From Acidobacteriota bacterium (lineage in GTDB: Bacteria > Acidobacteriota > UBA890 > WLXD01): 64,000 nt of DNA. Shown here in pieces: positions 49,647 through 57,882 of the stretch. The stretch covers positions 3,584,001-3,648,000 of the forward strand of contig CBDFKD010000002.1 in assembly GCA_965248695.1 (NCBI GenBank), read 5' to 3'. How positions within the stretch are numbered: the first letter of the stretch is position 1; each line of letters begins with the position of its first letter. The position numbers were made by a program, and so were the translations under genes. The notes below the pieces were generated by a model. It searched no databases and had not been told where the DNA came from. It saw nothing but the letters and a program-made list of their open reading frames with translations.

Positions 49647-50906
49647 TGACCTGACCCCCGAAAACGGATCCGGATGTAATCTCACGATCTGGGTCAAGAA
49701 CGGGAGGTCAGAATGCCGAGTAAGAGGCACAGCGCCGAGCAGATCGTACGCAAGCTCCGGGAGGCTGAGGTGGAGCTGGCTCGAGGGGCGACGGTCAAGG
49801 ATGCCTGCCGCAAGCTAGCAATCACCGAGCACACCTACTACCGGTGGCGGCGAGAGTACGGCGGACTGAAGCTCAACCAGGCCAGAAAGCTCAAGCAACT
49901 GGAGAAGGAGAATGCCCGGCTCAAGAGGCTGGTGGCGGAAAAGGAACTCGACCTGTCGATCCTGAAGGAAGTGGCGGAGGGAAACTTCTGAGCCCAGCTC
50001 GGCGGCGAGAGGCGGTGGCACATGTACGGGGGCGGCTGGGCGTCTCGGAGAGGCGGGCGTGTCGGGTACTGAAACAACCACGCACGACACACCGGTACGT
50101 GCCAAGAGAGCCGCAACAGGAGCAGATTTTGACGGAGCGGATCGTGGATTTAGCCCGACAGTACGGGCGCTACGGATATCGGAGGGTGACAGCGTTGCTG
50201 CGCATGGAGGGCTGGTCCGTGAACCACAAACGAGTGCAGCGTATCTGGCGGCGCGAAGGGCTGAAAGTACCGAGAAAACAGCCCAAACGAGCACGGCTGT
50301 GGCTGAGCGATGGCTCCTGCATCCGGCTGCGCCCACAGCACCGGGATCATGTCTGGGCGTATGACTTCCTGCACCACCGGACGCACGACGGTCGGGCTAT
50401 GAGGCTGCTGACGATCGTCGATGAGTACACACGAGAAAGCCTGGCGATCCATGTAGCACGGAAGCTCAACTCTGAGGACGTGCTGGAGCAGCTCGGGAGG
50501 TTGTTCGTACACCGGGGCATACCTGAGCACATCCGGTCGGATAACGGACCAGAGTTCACCGCCGAGGCGGTTCGCGACTGGCTGGGCCGGTTGGGCGTGG
50601 GGACGCTGTTCATCGAGCCGGGCTCGCCGTGGGAGAACGGTTACGTGGAGAGCTTCAACGGCAAGCTACGCGACGAGCTGCTGGATGGAGAGATCTTCTA
50701 CACGCTCAAGGAGGCAAAGGTTCTGATCGAGAGATGGCGTCAGCACTACAACCGCATGCGACCGCACAGCTCGCTGAGCTATCGGCCGCCCGCACCCGAA
50801 GCGACGTTGTTGAAGCCGGCTGCGCTCCGCTTCGCCGGCCTCAACAACCTCTTGTCAGCACCGAGTTACTGAGATAAGACATGGTACTAACCGCGGGGTC
50901 AGGTCA
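49647..50906 (+). mobile_element. IS3-family element type A, copy 3 (1260 bp, complete)
   Basis: Both IRs present; inverted relative to copy 2. Confidence 0.97.
49713..50872 (+). CDS. IS3 transposase OrfAB (programmed -1 frameshift)
   Basis: OrfA 49713-49991; GGGAAAC at 49979-49985; DDE OrfB. Confidence 0.93.
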
Positions 50907-51757
50907 ACCACGCGAGCTGTTAGCTCTCCTTGATCATCGAGGGCGACGTACGCTTCTAAGCTCTCGCGACTAGCGCTGGCATCTTGGAACATCGTGATGC
51001 CGAAGCGGTTCGCTAGCTGCAAGGCACGCCGGAGGCCTTCAACGCGCTCGACATGGCCGGCGTCATCCGGTAGATGCTCTTCGACAAGTCGGGCGGCCCA
51101 CTCGCGCAACATACCGGTGGGCTCACCGGTGGTGGGATCGCGCTCGATACGTCCGTTGAGTGGGTCGGGCGTGTCCTTGTCGATTCCCGCGATCTGCAAA
51201 GCCCGCGAACTGACCCATGCCTGGTGTCCGTAGTTGGGTGTGAGATAGACAGGCCTCCCAGGGGCAATCTCATCGAGTAATGACTTGTGGGGATTACCGT
51301 CTGGAAACAGCCACAAAAACCAACCACCGCCGACGATCCAGTCGTCCGCATCACCCTGCGCAGCACAGTTTCGTACTTCTTCTAGTACTTCCTCCTGAGA
51401 GTAGAGACCGTTCAGATTGCATCGGGCAAGAGCGGCGCCACCGTAGACTGGATGGACGTGGGAATCGCCGAAGCCCGGAAGCACCATCTTGCCATCGAGG
51501 TCCACAACGCGAGTCCCTGGCGCGGTCCAGCGATCCACATCCTCGTCCGACCCGACTTCGACGATGCGGCCGTCGCTTACGGCAACGGCCTGTGCCCAAG
51601 GCTGCGCCGCGTCTACCGTGTAAACGGCGCCGTTTCGTAACACGAGCTCGGCCACACCTCCGTTCTCGACGGCACCACAGGCTACACAAGTCCAGGCCCC
51701 AATCGCGAGGGAGAGAATCCGATACTGCTTCGGCAGATACCGGGCACGACCTGACAT
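50907..51757 (-). pseudogene. Amidohydrolase_3 lipoprotein, 5' part
   Basis: CVAC lipobox; LPGFGDSHVH; GEPTGMLRE; ends GELTARVV at the IS. Confidence 0.9.
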
Positions 51758-51778
51758 GGTTGGCTCCCTGGACTTGAT

Positions 51779-51893
51779 TCAATGTTGGGATGGTTGATGG
51801 CGGCCAGCATCTGGGCTTCCCGCTCCAGGCGGGCCAGACGTTCCGGGTTCCATGGCGCTATCAGAGGGGGGGTAAGCGCCTGAAGCCTATCGC
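51779..51893 (-). pseudogene. 5' stub of a Ser/Thr kinase gene with internal deletion
   Basis: ATG 51853 MEPGT fused to PERLARLEREAQMLAAINHPNI (alpha-C helix/HPNI) in another frame. Confidence 0.8.
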
Positions 51894-51970
51894 CAGAGGT
51901 CGAGACGGTCCACGGGAGTTGTCAGGCCAGCCCTGGTCGCGGCCTGGTTAAACGGTCTCACCGAAGACAG

Positions 51971-52528
51971 CTATCCGGCGCCGTCTTGGGTTTTGGCGGC
52001 AACCGCCGCCGGTGTCCTCGGGCAATACGCGTCGACCGAGTCCTCTGATGATCGCGCGAACTGAATGCCCGCATCCCCTATTGGCAGTCGACTTCGGCAG
52101 CCCCTGATCCTGGCGATGATCTCGGTCGTGGAAATCTCGGGTGTGTAACCCACCGAGCGGTAAATGCCCATCGCGATCGGAGTCTTGTAGCAGAACTCTT
52201 CCATCTCGCTGGAGATGTCATCTCCGTGCAGGACCAGGTCAATATTGAGCTGTTCGATCCAGCCACGGTCGATCGTGAGTGGTGCGTCGGGTACTACTTC
52301 ATCAACGTAGCGACAGCTCTCGACCAAAGCCACACGCTCCTCCATGGAAAATATCGGGCGGCGCTTGTAACTCATCACCGTTTCATCGGCGTGAACACCC
52401 ACCAAAAGGTAGTCACCGTGTGTTCTGGTCTGTCTGAGGAAATTCACGTGGCCAACATGGAACAGATCGGCCACCACATCGACGTACACACGTATGGGTT
52501 TGTGTTCTCCTGGCTTGGGTCCATGCAT
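51971..52528 (-). CDS. Choline/ethanolamine-phosphate cytidylyltransferase-like protein
   Basis: ADLFHVGH, YKRRP, CRYVDEV, HGDD, ISTT. Confidence 0.9.
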   Translation of the reverse strand: MHGPKPGEHKPIRVYVDVVADLFHVGHVNFLRQTRTHGDYLLVGVHADETVMSYKRRPIFSMEERVALVESCRYVDEVVPDAPLTIDRGWIEQLNIDLVLHGDDISSEMEEFCYKTPIAMGIYRSVGYTPEISTTEIIARIRGCRSRLPIGDAGIQFARSSEDSVDAYCPRTPAAVAAKTQDGAG

Positions 52529-52546
52529 TCTTGATCGAGTCCCTGG

Positions 52547-53458
52547 TTAGACCAGTTCAGGAATCAGGGCGTCCGCTCTGCCCGAGGGATTCTGAGGATC
52601 CGGCTTGTAGGCGTAATCAACACCAGGTGCGAGATGCTCAACATAGAGGATCTCCTTGTGATCTCCATATTGGACGGTGACAACGTACTCGGCTTCCTCC
52701 GGCAGACTGAAATAGACATAGCCATCTGTATTCGTTCTTGACTTGTCCAGCCCTGTCAGGACAGTCGTGGCGACTAACATGACCTCGGCCCCCCCGACCG
52801 GACGACCCTTGAGATCGAGGACCTTCAGACTGCCAGTGTGCCGTTGGGGTTCAAGCTTGTTGGCCAGGCCTACGGTCCCATCGGAGCTAGCCGGAAGAGT
52901 GTCTTCGGCCATGAGATCCAGAACTTCCTGTTCGAACTCGCCCATTCTTTTTGGAATCATCCATTCCGGACCGTACTTGAGCGCAAGGTACTCCTCGGAC
53001 GGATTCGGCACCAAGAAGTTCACGCCAAGGAAATCGATCTCTTTCAGGTCCGTATGCAGGCTTACCGGGATACGAACGACCGGCCACTGATAAATGCTGT
53101 CGTCAATGATTCGATAGCAGGTCCAGTCTATCTGGGTCCCGGATTTCGTCAGATTAACGCTCAGATTCAGTTCGTTCTCTGTGATTATTGCGTCGAAACC
53201 GTGCTCCCTGAACACGACCGCTGCGTTACGTACATGTTCCTCGGTGAGGCCGTAGAGGCCGATCACCGAACCGATGTCCAAGTCATCGTCCCATTCGATG
53301 AATGCGTTATCCCTCACAGCGCCCAAACATGTCCCATGGCGCAAGAAGAAAACCAGTCCGAGTTGATCTAGGATCTGCTTCGCTTCCTTCAACAGCGCTT
53401 CTGCAGTGGTCATGTCCATTGGCTTGAAAACTGTGGGCTGTATTGGGGTATGCGTCAT
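52547..53458 (-). CDS. LicD-family phosphotransferase with C-terminal beta-sandwich domain
   Basis: GTCLGAVRD..FIEWDDDLDIG; P...EEYL..KYG..W..P; extra domain GRPVGGAEV...TNTDGY. Confidence 0.88.
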   Translation of the reverse strand: MTHTPIQPTVFKPMDMTTAEALLKEAKQILDQLGLVFFLRHGTCLGAVRDNAFIEWDDDLDIGSVIGLYGLTEEHVRNAAVVFREHGFDAIITENELNLSVNLTKSGTQIDWTCYRIIDDSIYQWPVVRIPVSLHTDLKEIDFLGVNFLVPNPSEEYLALKYGPEWMIPKRMGEFEQEVLDLMAEDTLPASSDGTVGLANKLEPQRHTGSLKVLDLKGRPVGGAEVMLVATTVLTGLDKSRTNTDGYVYFSLPEEAEYVVTVQYGDHKEILYVEHLAPGVDYAYKPDPQNPSGRADALIPELV

Positions 53459-54097
53459 AGCGAATCAGTTCACCCTTAAGCAGAGGCGGGGGCCAAGAGC
53501 ACGGCTTCGTAGACCCACTTCCCGCGGAGCGACAGTTGGCGTCTTTGGCAGCGCACCCGATCATTTGGATTCTACGGCCTTGGCGCAACTAGCATCGCAC
53601 CAGAGTAGGCGGTCGCGGTACGCTGCGAGCGGTCGAACGAGCAACATGGCTTAGTCGATCTCCGCCCCGGAAGGCGGACGCGTCTCGACGTGGCCGCACC
53701 GCCGACGAGCGCGCTACGGATCCGTGGGCACGAGCCGCTCCAGCTCCTCGAACCAGTTGGTAATCAGCGTAACGTCGCCTCCTCCTCCCTGGCTCTCGCC
53801 CGTGCGTGGGAACATCACGAAGCGCTGACCGTCGCTCGTTACGTCGTAGTCCGCGTAGTCATCTCGGCCAACGAAGATCCCGGCGAGCCCACCCAAGAAA
53901 GGGCCCTCGAAGAGTTGCTCCGCGCGTCCGTAGCTGAAGTCGTCCTCATCGGTCTCGACCGCGACCACCATGATTCCCGTATCGGTCCGGTAGAACAGCT
54001 CTCGACCGTCGGCTGACCATCTGGGCTGGCTTCCGCCGTTGCTGGAGACCTGCCACTTGCGAGATCCTGGCGGGTAGGGGCGGACGTAGACTTCACT

Positions 54098-55501
54098 GAG
54101 ATATAACCGGAAGTTGTGGATGGGAGGAAAAAGAAAGGCGGCGTAACCTTCGCTGGGATCATCAACAACCAGCAGCCGGCTGTGGAGGCCGGGAAGGAGA
54201 CGCCACCCGTGCTCAAGATTATCGGTGGATCGGACGCGGAGGAAGGACAGCTGACACTGGACGTCGATGAGCTCGCCCGGCAGGGCGCGCTGCAGATGCT
54301 GGCAACAGCACTGGAGTGGGAGGTTCAGGAGTATATCCAGAGCCACGCCGGGCAACTGGATGAAGCCGGCCGTCGGCAAGTGGTACGCAACGGTCGGGCT
54401 CGCGCACGCAAGATCACGTTGGGGTGCGGGACGGTGCAAGTAGCCGCGCCACGGGTCAACGACAAGCGGCTCGACGAGCAGGGACTGAGGCAGCGGTTCA
54501 GCAGTCGGATCCTGCCGCCCTACATGCGGCGCTCGCCGAAGGTGGCGGAGGTGCTGCCGGTGCTGTACCTGCGGGGCCTGTCGACGGGCGACTTCAAGGA
54601 GGCGCTGCCGATCTTACTGGGACAGGAAGCCAGCGGGCTGTCGGCATCGGCGATCTGCCGGCTGACGAACGCCTGGAGCACGGAGTACGAGGCATTCCGG
54701 AAGCTGGATCTGTCCACCAAGCAGTACGTATACGTGTGGGCGGACGGTGTGCACTTCAACATTCGACTCGAGGATGATCGGCTGTGCACGCTGGTGATCC
54801 TGGGCGTTTTGCCGGACGGAACCAAGGAGCTCATCGCGGTCGAGGACGGGTATCGAGAGAGCACCGAGAGCTGGGCGTTCGTGCTCCGGGAGCTGAAGCG
54901 TCGAGGCATGCGGGCGCCGCTCGTGGCAGTGGGTGATGGGGCGCTGGGGTTCTGGGCGGCGGTGCGGGATGTATGGCCCCAGACTCGAGAGCAACGATGC
55001 TGGGTGCATCGGCTTGGCAACGTGCTCGACAAGCTACCGAGGCGGCTGCAGGCCAAAGCCAAGCGCGCGCTGCACGAGATCATCGGTGCGCCAACGCGCG
55101 AGGATGCTCAGGAGGGCATGGCGCGGTTCGCAGCCGACTACGGCGCCAAGTACTCCAAGGCCGTGGCGTCGTTGCAACGCGACTCCGACAAGCTGCTGAC
55201 GTTCTACGACTTCCCCGCCGACCACTGGGTTCATCTGCGCACGGCCAACCCGATCGAGTCGGCGTTCGCCACCGTACGCCTGAGACAACGCGTCACCAAG
55301 GGCGCCGGCTCACGCACCAAGGCGCTGACGATGGCATTCAAGCTCCTGGAGATGGCACAGCAACGATGGCGCCGCATCAACGCTCCTCACCTCACTGCCC
55401 TCGTACTCGAGGGCGCCACATTCGTCGATGGAGTTCACCTGATCGCTAGCGAAGACGCCGCCTGAACAAATCCACCGATCCACAACATTTGCAAATAACT
55501 C
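54098..55501 (+). mobile_element. IS256-family element (different from 4004-5366)
   Basis: IRs GAG.TAT...GTTGTGGAT; 9-bp target duplication GACTTCACT at 54089-54097 and 55502-55510. Confidence 0.95.
54209..55465 (+). CDS. IS256-family transposase
   Basis: VVRNG, YLRGLSTGDF, VWADG, VGDG, QRCWVH, RTANPIES; AAGGAG before GTG. Confidence 0.95.
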   Translation: MLKIIGGSDAEEGQLTLDVDELARQGALQMLATALEWEVQEYIQSHAGQLDEAGRRQVVRNGRARARKITLGCGTVQVAAPRVNDKRLDEQGLRQRFSSRILPPYMRRSPKVAEVLPVLYLRGLSTGDFKEALPILLGQEASGLSASAICRLTNAWSTEYEAFRKLDLSTKQYVYVWADGVHFNIRLEDDRLCTLVILGVLPDGTKELIAVEDGYRESTESWAFVLRELKRRGMRAPLVAVGDGALGFWAAVRDVWPQTREQRCWVHRLGNVLDKLPRRLQAKAKRALHEIIGAPTREDAQEGMARFAADYGAKYSKAVASLQRDSDKLLTFYDFPADHWVHLRTANPIESAFATVRLRQRVTKGAGSRTKALTMAFKLLEMAQQRWRRINAPHLTALVLEGATFVDGVHLIASEDAA

Positions 55502-55597
55502 GACTTCACTGCGTCCCGACTCCAAGGAGTCGTGAGTCCCAGAAACCGCATCAGCGTCGCTGACGACACCCTCAGTCCCTGTGCGGCGAGATGGTTC

Positions 55598-55660
55598 GTG
55601 AACGGCGTCGGCTCGGGACCTCGTGCCGACAAGCTGAGGATGTCGCACTTTTTGGCGCAC
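55598..55660 (+). other. Degenerate kinase 3' tail followed by an arm-like direct repeat
   Basis: ...GAC CTC GTG CCG ACA AGC TGA (DLVPTS*) then TGTCGCAC-TTTT-TGGCGCAC. Confidence 0.4.
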
Positions 55661-55890
55661 TACGACAGGTATCGTTGAAAGTCGATAAGCGCTGAAATCG
55701 TTGACCTTTCGTCTTTCCGGGTGAGATGTGACATCCATAGCTGAATCGCGAAAGCAGCCGAAATCCGTGGGAACTCTTCTTGTCAACCAACTGCGAGGGC
55801 GGCAGGTAGGATCCTTCCAGGCTCGGAGGATTCTGAGCTCAAGCCGACCAAGCCGTGTACATCTCGTCGAATCACCCGGGGAGAATACCT

Positions 55891-55931
55891 ATGACCCTTC
55901 AGGACTGGGGAGCCGTGAGCCAGATTGTCGG
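55891..55931 (+). pseudogene. Start of a small membrane-protein gene truncated by IS3-B
   Basis: GGAGA RBS then MTLQDWGAVSQIV up to the IS end. Confidence 0.55.
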
Positions 55932-57202
55932 TGACCTGCCCCCCAATAATCGGGCCAGTCTGAGAGTTAGGATTTGAGGCTCTCAGGATGGCTCGGGAAG
56001 GGGGAAGAATGGCGCGGAAGCGGTACACTGTAGAGTAGATCATCGCCAAGCTCAGGGAGGCAGAGATCGAGCTAGCGAAAGGGGCCAAGACACCGGAGGC
56101 ATGCCGCAAGCTGGGAATCAGCGAGAACACGTATTACCGGTGGCGCAAGGAGTACGGTGGACTGAGGGTGGATCAGGCACGGCGACTCAAGGAGCTGGAG
56201 CGGGAAAACGGCCGGCTCAAGAAGTTGCTGGCGGAGACGATGCTCGACAACGCCATCCTCAAAGAGGTTTCGTCGGGAAACTTCTGAGCCCGGCACGACG
56301 GAGCCGGGCAGTGCACCACGCACAGCAGTCGTTGGGTGTGTCCGAGAGGCGAGCCTGCAGAGTACTGGGCCAGGTGCGCTCGACGCAGCAGTATCGGCCC
56401 AAGGTGCCGCAGGAGGAGAAGGCACTGGTGGAGCGGATGACCCAGCTGGCGACGCAGTACGGGCGCTATGGGTACCGGCGGATCACGGCGCTGTTGGTAC
56501 GTGAGGGGTGGCGAGTGAATCACAAGAGGGTCGAACGGTTATGGCGTCGTGAGGGGCTGAAGGTACCGAAAAAGCAGCCCAAGCGCGGACGCTGGTGGCG
56601 CAATGATGGATCGTGCGTGCGGCTGCGGCCGGAGAGGAAAGATCACGTCTGGGCCTATGACTTCGTGCACGAACGAACTCACGACGGGCGAGCGTTTCGT
56701 CTACTGACGATCGTGGATGAGTACACGAGAGAGTGCTTGGCAATCGATGTAGCACGCAGGCTCAACTCCGAGAACGTGCTGGAGCGACTCGCTGAGCTGT
56801 TCGTGAACCGGGGTGTTGCCGATCACATCCGCTCCGACAACGGACCGGAGTTCACTTCTCGGGCAGTGCGTGAATGGCTCGAGCGAATCGGTGTGAAGAC
56901 GCTGTTCATTGAGCCCGGATCGCCATGGGAAAACGGCTATGTGGAGAGCTTCAACGGCAAGCTCCGAGACGAGCTGCTGAACGGCGAGATCTTCTACACG
57001 CTCAAGGAGGCGCAGTGCTTGGTGCACCGCTGGCGCCGCCAGTACAACCAGGTGCGGCCCCATAGCTCGTTGGGCTATCGACCGCCTGCACCCGAAGCGA
57101 CGTTGTTGCAGCCGGCTACGCTCCGCTTCGCCAGCTCCAACAATCTCTTGCCAGTACCGATTCTATGAGTTACGAAGTGGCCCAAACACTTGGGGCAGGT
57201 CA
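55932..57202 (+). mobile_element. IS3-family element type B, copy 2 (1271 bp), nonsense mutation in orfA
   Basis: Near-identical to 1848-3119; TAG at 56036-56038 where copy 1 has CAG. Confidence 0.95.
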
Positions 57203-57322
57203 CGCCTGCACCCGAAGCGACGTTGTTGCAGCCGGCTACGCTCCGCTTCGCCAGCTCCAACAATCTCTTGCCAGTACCGATTCTATGAGTTACGAAGTGG
57301 CGCAAACACTTGGGGCAGGTCA
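57203..57322 (+). repeat. Second copy of the last 120 bp of IS3-B including IRR
   Basis: Tandem repeat of 57083-57202 with one mismatch (57182 C vs 57302 G). Confidence 0.95.
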
Positions 57323-57498
57323 GCCTGGGCCTCGCGCTCGAAGCGGCGCAATACCAGGGCCGCCTTTTCAGGGCTTTTCTTGTCCACCGCGTCGTCACGA
57401 ATCAGCTTGATCGCCGCGGGCCGTGCCAGTAGGTTGTGCTCGCCGAGCCAGACCTCACCCATGCCGCCCTGACCGATTCTGCGCTTGAGCACGTACCT
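57323..57498 (-). pseudogene. Ser/Thr kinase N-lobe fragment
   Basis: YVLKRRIGQGGMGEVW...AAIKLI...RRFEREAQA. Confidence 0.9.
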
Positions 57499-57519
57499 GA
57501 GAGTGATCCGGGTGGTACG

Positions 57520-57855
57520 TGCGAGCGCCAGGTACTGGTCAATCACGTAGGGGAGGATGTCGATCTCGTCTGGCCGGATCAGTTTCCGGCTCTGACGGAT
57601 ATTGAAGCCGATGATCAGGGTCGGCTGTTCGTCTTTCCGTACGTCGTCGAAACCGACGCTACCGAGTTCCCGGTCGACGTGTACACCGCCGACGGCGATC
57701 TGATCGCCAACGGCATGCTGCCGTTCCAGGGCTGGGATGCCCACCGGGGTGAGCACGTTTACCGCGTCGAACAGCGCGCCGGCAGGACCGTTATCGTTCG
57801 CTACCGCCTGCAGCTGCCATCCACCACCGGCGCGGCAATCTCCGCCGGACAGTAG
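57520..57855 (+). pseudogene. 3' fragment of a 6-bladed beta-propeller-like gene
   Basis: PDQFPALTDIEADDQGRLFV..VDVYTADG..IVRYRL; 5' end lost at the kinase junction. Confidence 0.6.
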
Positions 57856-57882
57856 CGCCGCCGCCCCAGGCGCGCTGACGCG

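Larger units (their letters stand above)
53714..55532 (-). pseudogene. 3' fragment of Ser/Thr kinase-PD40/TolB-like beta-propeller gene, split by IS256
   Basis: SLESGRS|EVYVRPYP..WQVSSNGGSQPRWSADGRELFY..YDVTSDGQRF..NWFEELERLVPTDP*. Confidence 0.88.

Noticed and set aside
53714-54439. 241-aa ORF as an intact protein
   Set aside because: The first ~114 residues are antisense IS256 DNA fused to a kinase-propeller fragment
57083-57322. CRISPR-like repeat
   Set aside because: Two 120-bp IS-end copies with no spacers or cas genes; no CRISPR array seen anywhere in the window
360-57500. Integron with attC cassettes
   Set aside because: No intI and no recurring RYYYAAC...GTTRRRY hairpins after genes
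57283-57756. 157-aa ORF as a novel mini-kinase
   Set aside because: Chimera of antisense propeller DNA, a kinase N-lobe and an IS end; lacks HRD and DFG
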